A DNA stretch of 29,518 nt, from assembly GCA_043754665.1 (NCBI GenBank), contig JAYUUW010000081.1:1-29518 (forward strand). The letters are read 5' to 3'. Below the pieces are notes generated by a model. It was not told the DNA's origin. It saw only the letters and a program-made list of their open reading frames with translations, and did not search any database. Numbering within the stretch: the stretch's first letter is position 1; each line of letters starts with the position of its first letter. This document shows, piece after piece, positions 21,572-29,518 of this stretch. This DNA is from Anaerolineales bacterium (lineage in GTDB: Bacteria; Chloroflexota; Anaerolineae; Anaerolineales; UBA6663). The position numbers and the translations under genes were made by a program.

Positions 21572-23152
21572 GTGACTGATCGCGAAACCCAGAATGCTGC
21601 CTATTGGGGGGAGGCTTTCGATGTCGAGGAAAGCGACCTCGACTACCTGTACAACCTGCTCCTCGAAGAAGAGACACCCCTTAGCACCGGCGAGATGGCC
21701 CTCTCGATCATTGAGCGCCGCGTCGAGCGCGAAGCCCAAGCCGCCAAGCGGCGCGAAGCCGGCACCACCCTCTTTCGGCCCCGAGACGCGTACGCCGTCG
21801 GCCAAGTGCTGGTGTTTTCAGCCCTCGACTATGCTACCGGCACAGTCGCGGCGGTGCGGCCCGGCCGCAATCCCGATATCGTTGACTTCGATGTGGTGCA
21901 GGTCGACTTTGGCGAAGGCCGCCCCACGCGCGAGTTCGCCGCCCGCCTCGAACAGCATCGGCTCAACCAGGAGCAGCAGTCCAGCAGCATGGGCGAGCTC
22001 AAAGCGCCCGAAGACCTGTTTGCCGAGTACGGCCCGGTTATTTCGGCCAAGCTCGAAGCGCGCCTCGACGCCAACCCCGACATTGTGCGGCTGGCCGGGC
22101 GCTGGTTCCCCCGCGCGCTGCTGGCCTCGGTGAACATCGGCCACCTCAACCTGGCCGAAGCCGTGCTCGACATGGCCGGCGGCGAGCCGCTGCCCACCGA
22201 CGATCTGCTCAAAGACACCGGCCTGCCCACCAACATCAACCCGCGCCTGCAAGCCTTTTCGCTGCACTACGCCTTGCAGGAAGACTCGCGCTTCGACGAG
22301 GTTGGCCCCTCTGGGCAGGTGCTGTGGTATCTGCGCCGCCTGGAACCCGTGGAGGTGGTGCAGCCGAGCAAGCGCCTGGAGAACACCGCCCCGCCCACCG
22401 ACCTCAGCCGGCTCTCGCCCACGCTGGTCGATCTGGTGTACGAACTCGATGACGAATTTTCGCCGGCCGCGCCCGGACACGCGCCGGCCGATGAGGTCAC
22501 GGTCACGTTGACCTTCCCGCACCGCCGCATGGGCACCCTGCCGATCTCGCCGCGCCTGGCGCACCTCTTCCCCACCGCGCTCGAGTCGCCGCGCGTGCGT
22601 TTTAGCCTGCTGGACGCCGACTCGAATGAGGCCATCCCGGCCTGGGTGGTGCGCTCCGGCCGCTACGTGTTCGGCCTGGCCGAGTGGTATCACCGCCATG
22701 AGTTCCCCGCCGGCGGCCATCTCACCCTCCAGCGCGGCAGCCGCCCCGGTGAGGTCGTCATTCGCGCCCTCAAGCGCCGCCCCAACCGCGAATGGGTGCG
22801 CACCGCCGCCGCCGGTTCCGACGGCCGCCTGGCCTTCTCCATGCAGAAGCAGCTCATCGGCGTCGAGTACGACGATCTGATGATGGTCGCCGCGGGCAAT
22901 CAGGCCCAGGTGGACGAGGCCTGGCAGCGCAGCCAGTCGCTGCCGTTCCCGCGCCTGGTGGCCGATGTGTTCCGCGAGTTAGCCAAGCTCAACCCGCAGA
23001 GCGCGGTCCATGCTAAGACCCTCTACGCCGGCGTGAACGTCGCGCGCCGCAGCCCGCCCGGCCCCATCTATGCCGAGCTGGTCTCGCACCCCTATTTTGC
23101 CTTGGTCGGCGACGCCTATTGGCGCTTCGACCAGACCCAGTGGACGGAGTAA
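21572..23152 (+). CDS. Conserved hypothetical protein, 526 aa, with winged-helix (HARE-HTH-like) and B3-like segments
   Basis: Long ORF with typical codon usage, GAGG before GTG; ALQEDSRFDEVG...LWYL and ELVSHPYFALVGDAYWRF resemble HARE-HTH ends. Confidence 0.8.
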   Translation: MTDRETQNAAYWGEAFDVEESDLDYLYNLLLEEETPLSTGEMALSIIERRVEREAQAAKRREAGTTLFRPRDAYAVGQVLVFSALDYATGTVAAVRPGRNPDIVDFDVVQVDFGEGRPTREFAARLEQHRLNQEQQSSSMGELKAPEDLFAEYGPVISAKLEARLDANPDIVRLAGRWFPRALLASVNIGHLNLAEAVLDMAGGEPLPTDDLLKDTGLPTNINPRLQAFSLHYALQEDSRFDEVGPSGQVLWYLRRLEPVEVVQPSKRLENTAPPTDLSRLSPTLVDLVYELDDEFSPAAPGHAPADEVTVTLTFPHRRMGTLPISPRLAHLFPTALESPRVRFSLLDADSNEAIPAWVVRSGRYVFGLAEWYHRHEFPAGGHLTLQRGSRPGEVVIRALKRRPNREWVRTAAAGSDGRLAFSMQKQLIGVEYDDLMMVAAGNQAQVDEAWQRSQSLPFPRLVADVFRELAKLNPQSAVHAKTLYAGVNVARRSPPGPIYAELVSHPYFALVGDAYWRFDQTQWTE

Positions 23153-23156
23153 CAGC

Positions 23157-23603
23157 GTGAGTTTGCCCCCCTCTCCGACAATCAACCGGCTGATCAAGCC
23201 GACCCTTAAGACCAAATATCATATTGATTTCAACTGGTGGGAGCGCGAGAGCCGCGAGTTCCGGGTCTACCTGACCAGCCACCTGTGCTCGGAGCACCAG
23301 GCCGCTTTTGCCGGTCTCGAATCAGGTGAGGTGGTGGACGTGATCGACGCCGAGACGGCCGAAATCCGCTCGGAGGACGGCGTGCAGCACACGCTGCGCA
23401 CCCACTGCTCGCAGCAGCCCGGCTTTATCACCGCGCACACCTCGTTGGTCGACGCCGTCTTTCGCGTCTTCATCGCCAACGCCAACACGCCGCTCTCGCC
23501 CGAGGAACTGGCTGACCGCATCATGCGTCCCGGCCAGGCCATCACCATCCTCAAGACCCTCAGCGGGGCGCGGGTGTATAAGGGGCTGCGGCCGGTTTAC
23601 TAA
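23157..23603 (+). CDS. Hypothetical protein with C-terminal HTH-like segment
   Basis: GTG 4 nt after the previous stop; KPTLKTKYHIDFNWW, HLCSEH, VDAVFRVFIANANTPLSPEELADRI. Confidence 0.75.
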   Translation: MSLPPSPTINRLIKPTLKTKYHIDFNWWERESREFRVYLTSHLCSEHQAAFAGLESGEVVDVIDAETAEIRSEDGVQHTLRTHCSQQPGFITAHTSLVDAVFRVFIANANTPLSPEELADRIMRPGQAITILKTLSGARVYKGLRPVY

Positions 23604-23606
23604 GCC

Positions 23607-23858
23607 GTGCGCGTGTCGGTCAAGCTCTACGCGCTGCTCCGTAAGCACCACCCCGGCCCCAACCGCTCCGTGCCGCTGGTGGTTGAGTTGCCCGCCGGGG
23701 CCACCGTGCAGGCGCTGGCGGCGCAGTTGGGCGAGACCATCGGCCTGCCGGTCGCCATCGTCAAGAGCGCGTTCGTCAATAATCAGGCCGCCACCCTCGC
23801 CACCGTCCTCAACGACGGCGACCAAGTCGGCCTCTTTCCGCCCGTTGTCGGCGGGTAG
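23607..23858 (+). CDS. MoaD/ThiS family sulfur carrier protein
   Basis: VSVKLYALLR...LPAGATV..L...FVN...LNDGDQVGLFPPVVGG with C-terminal GG. Confidence 0.9.
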   Translation: MRVSVKLYALLRKHHPGPNRSVPLVVELPAGATVQALAAQLGETIGLPVAIVKSAFVNNQAATLATVLNDGDQVGLFPPVVGG

Positions 23859-23874
23859 GGCGGTCTACAACACA

Positions 23875-23904
23875 AAGCGCCGATCCATTCTCGGACCGGC
23901 GCTT
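23875..23904. terminator. Hairpin between convergent genes, possible bidirectional terminator
   Basis: AAGCGCCG (23875-82) / CGGCGCTT (23897-904) with inner TCC/GGA; 16 nt after the MoaD stop; short A/T flanks only. Confidence 0.5.
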
Positions 23905-23943
23905 ACATTTCCCCAATCGGCTGTCAAAACTTCGCATAGCCAC

Positions 23944-24011
23944 TAGGGCAGGTTAGCTGGCTCAGGCACGCCTGCCCGAGCAATTCGAGGCTATACGCAT
24001 TCCTGCCCTAC
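23944..24011. repeat. REP-like inverted-repeat element
   Basis: TAGGGCAGG (23944-52) ... CCTGCCCTAC (24002-11), with a third internal CCTGCCC at 23971-77; begins GTAG on the minus strand. Confidence 0.45.
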
Positions 24012-24040
24012 AAACGCCTATTCGCACCCGCCAAAACCCC

Positions 24041-25132
24041 TCAGTCGAGCAGGGCGTAGGCTTCCTCGGCCATCGCCACCTCGAAGCACGGGGGCGGATC
24101 ATCGGCGGGTGCCGCCTTCGGCTCATCCGGCCTGAGCGTCTGGCCCAACAAGAACACCTGAAACAAGCCTACCCGCAGCGCCGCCGAGGCCGTATACCCC
24201 AGGCGCACCGTCCGCCGGTCGAGCGTGCAGCCGCTGTCGCGCAGGCCCGCCAAGTAGCCCACAAATAGGGCCGCGTCCACGTCCTCGCGCGGGGTGGTGC
24301 TCAGGTTCGTGTGCGCGCCAAACACCAGTTGCCCCAGGTCGTCGCCCACCGGCGCAATGCCCATCAGCGCCCAATCCAGCGCCACCGTTTGCGGCTCGGT
24401 TCCCGCCGCCACCCGCGCCTTGAAGTTGGTGGGATACGTGTCGCCGTGGCAGATCGTCTGCGGCAGCCGGTCCAGTTGGGCCAGGAAGCGCTCACTCTCC
24501 AGCAGCAACCGCCGGAAGGCGTTGGCCTCGGGCCGGGGGTAGCGTGCCCGCACTTGCGGATGGTCCCAGGGCAAGTCCCGCCACGGGATCAGGTTGACCC
24601 ACGTTCGGGCGCGCCGCCGTGCCAGCCAGGGCAGCGCCGGCACGGGCCGCCCGGCATATAGGCCGTTCAGCCGGCCCAGGTGGCGCGCCGTCAGCGCATA
24701 GCGCTCCAGCGTCCACGCGCCCGGCTCGTCGTCGCGGATGTCTTCGAGCCAGAGCCAGGCCGTGTTCCCCGGCTGCTCGCTCACGCCAAAGCAGCGCGGC
24801 GCCACCAGGCCGGCCGGCAGCGCCGCCAGCAGTTCGGAGGGGTAGGCGTACAGCTCCCGTTTCCAATAGTTCCAGTGGCTCTGGTCGTCGCCCTCGCCCA
24901 TGTCCACCTGGCCCACATTGGCGGGCGACTGCACGATTTTGAGGATCACCGACCAGCCCTCGCCCGCGGCGCGATACAACCCCAGGCTCACCGGGTTGCC
25001 GGCCCCGCCGCCGAGCTGGCTGACCTGCCACTCGCCGGCCAGCGCATCGGCGCGGCCGGTCGCCTGCCGCACAATCGGCGTCAAGGTTGCGGCGTCAATC
25101 GCTTGCAGGGCGGCCGGGCGTGGCGGTTCCAT
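24041..25132 (-). CDS. Aminoglycoside/choline phosphotransferase (APH) family kinase
   Basis: VILKI, WLWLEDI, Brenner motif CHGDTYPTNF, ALDW. Confidence 0.85.
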   Translation of the reverse strand: MEPPRPAALQAIDAATLTPIVRQATGRADALAGEWQVSQLGGGAGNPVSLGLYRAAGEGWSVILKIVQSPANVGQVDMGEGDDQSHWNYWKRELYAYPSELLAALPAGLVAPRCFGVSEQPGNTAWLWLEDIRDDEPGAWTLERYALTARHLGRLNGLYAGRPVPALPWLARRRARTWVNLIPWRDLPWDHPQVRARYPRPEANAFRRLLLESERFLAQLDRLPQTICHGDTYPTNFKARVAAGTEPQTVALDWALMGIAPVGDDLGQLVFGAHTNLSTTPREDVDAALFVGYLAGLRDSGCTLDRRTVRLGYTASAALRVGLFQVFLLGQTLRPDEPKAAPADDPPPCFEVAMAEEAYALLD

Positions 25133-25297
25133 GGCGTGATGTGTCCCCGGTGCGGTCAGCTAAAAGCGTTCCACCGACACAGGCACCTCCCAAATCGCGT
25201 GCGTCAGCCCGAACTGCCTGAAAATGCGGCGCTGCTGATGGTCTGAGCGGTCATAGGCCCGCTCTCCATGTCTGCCCGTCGAGGGCCGGCCGGAATG

Positions 25298-25897
25298 TTA
25301 CTCGGCTTTGCTCGGCTGCCGCCACTGGTTGGCGCGGATGTTTTTGGCGGCCAACGCCACTGTTTCGGCCACGCGCTTGGCCCGCGTTTCCGGCCGCTTG
25401 GCCGACAAAAGCCACTCTAGAATCCCTCGCTTGGCCGAGCGTGGAAACGCCTCGAACCGCTGCCGCGCCGTTGGGTTCGCGGCCAGCGCCTGCGCCAGGT
25501 CCGGCGGGATTTCCAAATCCTCCACGCCGTCCAGCGCCGCCCAAGAGCCGTCGCGCTTGGCCGCCTCGATCTTGGCCAGGCCCGCTGGCGTCATGCGCCC
25601 GGCGGCGATCAGCGCCGCCACACGCAGCTTGTTCGGGCGCGACCAGCCGCTGCGCGCCCTGCGCGGCGCGAACCACAACATGGAGCGTTCCTCATCCAGC
25701 TTGTTCCCTTTGCTGTCGACCCACCCGAAACACAAGGCTTCTTCGACCGCTTCCCCATATTCAAAGCGCGGCCGGCCCGTGGCCTTTTTGTAGCTGATCA
25801 GCCATACCCCTTCCGTCTGGGTATGGTGCTGCTCCAGCCACTGCCGCCATTCGGCCAGTGTTTTTGGGTGAGTTGAGTTCGGCGGGGGCGTGGGCAT
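25298..25897 (-). CDS. YdeI/OmpD-associated family protein
   Basis: EWRQWLEQHH...GVWLISYKK, EEALCFGWVDS, WSRPNK, GRMTPAGL, IPPDLAQAL, AKRPETRAKRV; start ATG 25897 (TTG 25915 possible). Confidence 0.9.
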   Translation of the reverse strand: MPTPPPNSTHPKTLAEWRQWLEQHHTQTEGVWLISYKKATGRPRFEYGEAVEEALCFGWVDSKGNKLDEERSMLWFAPRRARSGWSRPNKLRVAALIAAGRMTPAGLAKIEAAKRDGSWAALDGVEDLEIPPDLAQALAANPTARQRFEAFPRSAKRGILEWLLSAKRPETRAKRVAETVALAAKNIRANQWRQPSKAE

Positions 25898-25915
25898 GGT
25901 CTGGCACTCGCTCAA

Positions 25916-27271
25916 TTACTGGGGCAGCGGAATGCTCAGGACGGTGCCTTCGATCAATACATCGGGGTCGGTGATACGGTTGGCGCTGATGAGGTTTTCC
26001 AGGGTCACGCCATAGGCGCTGGCGATGCCCGAGAGGGTGTCGCCCGCCTGCACGGTGTAGTACCGTACGCCCGGGCCGGCCGGCGTTCCGGCGGCGCTGG
26101 CGCGCGTGGCCAACGGCGTGAGGCTCGGGCGCGGGGTTTGCATGAGGTTGGGGCCGATGTCCACCTGCGGCAGCGCCAGACCCGCGTAGCCGGGGTCGGC
26201 ATGGGCCAGATCGAGCGCGGCAATCGCCTGGGCCGTCAGCGCTTCGTAGTCGCCGGCGTTGTCGGTCGCCCGGTCGGCCAGGGAGGCGATCAGCCGCACG
26301 GCCAGGTACTCGGCCAGGTAGTCTTGCCCGGCCGCCGTGGTCGGTTGGCCGGCGATTTGCGGTGACGGCACACTCAGAAAATAGTTTGCCGCCAGCGCGC
26401 CGGTGCCGTCGCCAAACTCCACCCGCACTTCCACGTTCGAGAGCGGGTCGTACTCCAGCGACCCCACATAGCCGGAAAGGTACAGCTTAGCGGGCAGCAC
26501 GCCGGCGCAGCGGTCCTGCCACAGCCCGCACGCCGCCGCCAGCCAGGCCTCTACGCGTGGGGCTACAACCGCTACCAGGGCTGCGTCGCGCTCCGAGTGG
26601 TGCACCTGCAAGTACTCCGCGCGCCAATCGACCCATTGGCCCCAAAACTGGCCCGGCGGCGCTGTCCGCTGCCAGTCATCTAGCCCGCGCCGCCGGTAAA
26701 ACTGCGGCAGCACAAACGGCAGCGTTTGCCCATCCGGCGCGGAAAATTCGCGCCGCACCAGCGCCGTCACAAAGTCGCCGTCAATGGCTGTCACCGCGTC
26801 CACGGCGAAGGCATGCGAGGCCGGCGTCAGCATGGGTAGCGGGGCGGGCGCGGGCAATGCGGCTTCTAGTTGGTCGCGGCGCACGCTCAGCCAGTCGCGG
26901 TTGTCGGGGTCCTGCACGAACAGCGCCAGGTTCACGTCGCCCGCGTAGGCGGCCTCTTCCTCGTAGCGCACCAGCGCCTCAATGTCCGCTTGAATGCGCT
27001 GCCAACCTTGCCGCGACACATACCAGGTGGCCGTCAAGGCGACGCCCGCCAGCGCCAACAGCGCCAGCAGCGGCCAAGACCAGCGGCGGCGGGCGCTTTG
27101 CGGTTGTGGGGTTGTGGTTTGGGTGGTGGCCGCCCGTGTCAGCGTGGCGGCGGGCGGGGGCGCGGCCGGCGCTGAGGCGGCGGCCGGCGTTCGGTTAGTC
27201 GGCGGGGCGCGATTCAACTTCCCCGTGTCGTCCGGGGCATCGGTGACTTCCCAATCGAGCTTAATCGACAT
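25916..27271 (-). CDS. Membrane-anchored protein with C-terminal LysM domain
   Basis: TM segment WSWPLLALLALAGVALTATWYV; C-terminal YYTVQAGDTLSGIASAYGVTLENLISANRITDPDVLIEGTVLSIP. Confidence 0.85.
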   Translation of the reverse strand: MSIKLDWEVTDAPDDTGKLNRAPPTNRTPAAASAPAAPPPAATLTRAATTQTTTPQPQSARRRWSWPLLALLALAGVALTATWYVSRQGWQRIQADIEALVRYEEEAAYAGDVNLALFVQDPDNRDWLSVRRDQLEAALPAPAPLPMLTPASHAFAVDAVTAIDGDFVTALVRREFSAPDGQTLPFVLPQFYRRRGLDDWQRTAPPGQFWGQWVDWRAEYLQVHHSERDAALVAVVAPRVEAWLAAACGLWQDRCAGVLPAKLYLSGYVGSLEYDPLSNVEVRVEFGDGTGALAANYFLSVPSPQIAGQPTTAAGQDYLAEYLAVRLIASLADRATDNAGDYEALTAQAIAALDLAHADPGYAGLALPQVDIGPNLMQTPRPSLTPLATRASAAGTPAGPGVRYYTVQAGDTLSGIASAYGVTLENLISANRITDPDVLIEGTVLSIPLPQ

Positions 27272-27291
27272 CCGTCACCCGCGGGGTGCCG

Positions 27292-27582
27292 CTACTTCTT
27301 GCGGGGCGCGGCCTGCGTTTCCGGGGTAAAGTCTTCCGGCACCTGCGCGCCATCGCCGAAGAAGAACTGCTCGAGCTGTTCCATGAGGAATTTCTGGGCG
27401 GCGGGGTCGCGCAGATTGAGGCCGTAGTGGTTGATCAGCAGCGTCGACTGCTGCTGCCATAGGTTCCAGCCGTCTTGCGAGACGTTTTCAAACACGCGCT
27501 TACCCAGCGCGCCGCCGAACGGGGCGCGCGGCAGGCCGGGGAGTTCCCGCCCGAGTTTGACACATTGCACCATACGGGCCAT
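27292..27582 (-). CDS. yggX: Fe(II)-trafficking / oxidative damage protection protein
   Basis: MARMVQCVKLGRE..GL...GKRVFENVSQDGW..W......LINHYGLNL.DP.A.KFLMEQLEQFFFG; AAAGGAG Shine-Dalgarno upstream of ATG 27582. Confidence 0.9.
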   Translation of the reverse strand: MARMVQCVKLGRELPGLPRAPFGGALGKRVFENVSQDGWNLWQQQSTLLINHYGLNLRDPAAQKFLMEQLEQFFFGDGAQVPEDFTPETQAAPRKK

Positions 27583-27619
27583 TGGTCGCTCCTTTACGCT
27601 GTTTTCAACAGCTTGCCGG

Positions 27620-28795
27620 CTAAGGCGCGCCGCCCGCCCACACAAAATCGTGGATCGTGCTGGTCGCGCCGGCGGGGTCAAATTCTGGCTGCACACTGGT
27701 GTTCGGCCGCTGGCGCACCGTGGTAACGGTCCAGCGGTACACGTGAATGGTCGCGTCGGTGTGCCGGAACGTGCTCGGCACAATGAGCTTGGTGTCGGTG
27801 GTCGGCTGCCGGTAGAACCGCGCGCAGTTGCAGCTCACGTCCTCGATCACCACTTGGTAAAACTCGTCTGTCCGCAGTGCGCCCACCGAAGTCCATTGCA
27901 GCGTTACCACGTCGCCGGCGTTAAAGGCCTGCCCGTCGGTTGGCAGCAGTTGGTTCGGCGCGGGCCATGGCGGGAAGGGTGTGGGCGTCGGCGACGGCCC
28001 CGGCGTGACAATGCGGTCCACCGGAATGATCAGCACCTGGTCCTCCCGGATGCTGGCCGGATCGTCGATGCCGTTCACTTCCATCAGGTCGGCCACGGTC
28101 ACGCCGTAGAAATTGGCGATGCCCAACAGCGTGTCGCCCGCATGCACGGTGTAGGTCAGGTTCGGCGGCACAGTCGCCACCTGCTGGCCCAACGTGGCCG
28201 TCGGCAGGGGCGTGGGCGTGCCAGTAGGCACGGGAATCAGCAGCACCGTGCCCACGCTTAGGTTGCAGTTCGGGTCCAGGCGGTTAAGCGCGATGATGCT
28301 GGCCGAAGAGACCTGATATTCGGCCGCCAGGGCCACGCAGGTGTCGCCGGCCACCACCGTATACTGGCTGGGCGGCTCCGGCGTGCCGGTCGGCGCGGTG
28401 GTCTCGGTGGCGCTCGGCAGCGGCGTAAACGTGGGCGGCTGGGTCAGGGTGGCCGTGGCCGTCGTGACGACCGCCACCTGCACCGTGGCCGTTGTCTCTC
28501 CGCTGCCGGCAAACGGATTCGCTACTTTGATCGCCCCGCTGTAGATCAAATAGCCCGCCGTGAGGCCCACCACGATCAGCAGCGAGAGCACCACCATCAG
28601 CACAATGGGCGGGCGGGCCCCCTCGCGGGCGGCGCTGCCGGCCAGGGAGCGGGTTTTCGGAGCGGCCCGACCGCCCGCTTTGACGGTCAGGTCGGCGCCG
28701 CACACCAGGCATTTGGTAGCGGCGGCGCCCACGCGGGTGCCGCACGTCGGGCACAAACGGGGCGCGGCAGTTGAAGGAGCAGGTGATTTCGTCAT
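27620..28795 (-). CDS. Zinc-ribbon / TM / double-LysM protein with C-terminal beta-sandwich
   Basis: CPTC...CLVC, TM helix, Thr/Pro-rich linker, two LysM repeats (YTVVAGDTC..., YTVHAGDTLLGIANFYGV), VTLQWTS...FYQVVIE. Confidence 0.88.
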   Translation of the reverse strand: MTKSPAPSTAAPRLCPTCGTRVGAAATKCLVCGADLTVKAGGRAAPKTRSLAGSAAREGARPPIVLMVVLSLLIVVGLTAGYLIYSGAIKVANPFAGSGETTATVQVAVVTTATATLTQPPTFTPLPSATETTAPTGTPEPPSQYTVVAGDTCVALAAEYQVSSASIIALNRLDPNCNLSVGTVLLIPVPTGTPTPLPTATLGQQVATVPPNLTYTVHAGDTLLGIANFYGVTVADLMEVNGIDDPASIREDQVLIIPVDRIVTPGPSPTPTPFPPWPAPNQLLPTDGQAFNAGDVVTLQWTSVGALRTDEFYQVVIEDVSCNCARFYRQPTTDTKLIVPSTFRHTDATIHVYRWTVTTVRQRPNTSVQPEFDPAGATSTIHDFVWAGGAP

Positions 28796-28807
28796 AAGGC
28801 AGGCGGT

Positions 28808-28816
28808 ATTATACCA
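28808..28816 (-). promoter_or_regulatory. Extended -10 (TGGTATAAT) for the LysM/yggX operon
   Basis: TGGTATAAT 12 nt upstream of ATG 28795. Confidence 0.55.
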
Positions 28817-28922
28817 TTCGGGTTTGGCCGGCTACGGGGGGCGGCGTCCAATCAGCGGCCAGCCGCCCGACGAACGCCTGGAAAACGCCCGCCAGCGCCA
28901 GCTTGCCGGGGGCCGCGCCGTG

Positions 28923-29498
28923 CTAGGTGGTGGGCGGGGCGCTCCCTTCCAGGCCCAGCGCCGGCGCAATCGCCCGCATGGCCGAAATGACCGTGGTAAT
29001 GTGGTCCGTCAGGTCCACGCCGAGTTCCTGCGCGCCCTGCTCGATGTCGGCCCGGTTCACCCCGGCGGCGAAGGCTTTGTCTTTCCACTTGCCCTTGACC
29101 GACTTGGCGGTCAGGTCATACAGGCTGCGGCTCGGCCGCACCAGAGAGCAGGCCGTGATCAGCCCCGTCAGCTCGTCCACGGCAAACAGCGCCTTCTCGC
29201 GCTGCGTCACGCGCGGCACATGGGTATGCTCGGCGTGGCTCAAAATGCACTGAATCACATCTTCCGGCACGCCCCGCGCGCGCAAGATCGGCGCGCCGTC
29301 CTGTGGGTGCTGCTCCAGCGTCGGGTGGATTTCCCAGTCAAAATCGTGCAGCAGGCCGGGCAGGCCCCAGGCGTCGGGGTCTTCGCCGTACTTCACGGCG
29401 TACCCGCGCATGGCGGCCTCGACCGAGAGCATATGCTTGACCAGGCCCTCATTTTTCACGTACTCGGTGACGATGGCGTAAGCGGTTGAGCGGTCCAT
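28923..29498 (-). CDS. HD superfamily (HDIG-type) predicted phosphohydrolase
   Basis: KHMLSVE, GLLHDFDWE, ILSHA, LFAVDELTG, FAAGVNR. Confidence 0.88.
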   Translation of the reverse strand: MDRSTAYAIVTEYVKNEGLVKHMLSVEAAMRGYAVKYGEDPDAWGLPGLLHDFDWEIHPTLEQHPQDGAPILRARGVPEDVIQCILSHAEHTHVPRVTQREKALFAVDELTGLITACSLVRPSRSLYDLTAKSVKGKWKDKAFAAGVNRADIEQGAQELGVDLTDHITTVISAMRAIAPALGLEGSAPPTT

Positions 29499-29518
29499 GG
29501 TGGAGTTGGCAGCCTGTC

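Noticed and set aside
1-29518. CRISPR arrays, tRNA or rRNA genes
   Set aside because: No regularly spaced repeat-spacer pattern or tRNA/rRNA-like sequence seen; intergenic spaces are short

Overview
High-GC bacterial window, probably Chloroflexota/Anaerolineae (inferred from gene content). The left 16.6 kb is the upstream half of a minus-strand extracellular/cytoplasmic contractile injection system (eCIS/CIS, Afp/PVC-like, Streptomyces-type sheath). In transcription order it reads: leader-only small ORF, Afp15-type AAA+ ATPase, two large DUF4157 (eCIS core, HExxH) proteins of 1048 and 2283 aa, DUF4255/Afp16-type cap, sheath, tube, tail-assembly chaperone with a DUF6760-like partner, and a second tube gene cut by the window edge. 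Main observations: (i) the 2283-aa cargo looks like a polyprotein. It has two paralogous hydrophobic-hairpin scaffolds, one ending in a kinase-like and one in a nucleotidyltransferase-like domain, plus an internal DUF4157 and a second HExxH module, with xQR motifs in Pro-rich linkers at the module boundaries. (ii) The 1048-aa cargo carries three diverged copies of a ~190-aa helical hairpin module. (iii) All three cargo-type ORFs share an N-terminal LQxxxGNxxVxxL leader, and one ORF consists of little else. (iv) An in-frame G GGG GGG slippery heptamer would fuse the chaperone to the DUF6760-like ORF by -1 frameshift, as in phage G/GT. The right 13 kb is mostly housekeeping and envelope genes. 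All family assignments come from motif recognition by eye; no database was searched.
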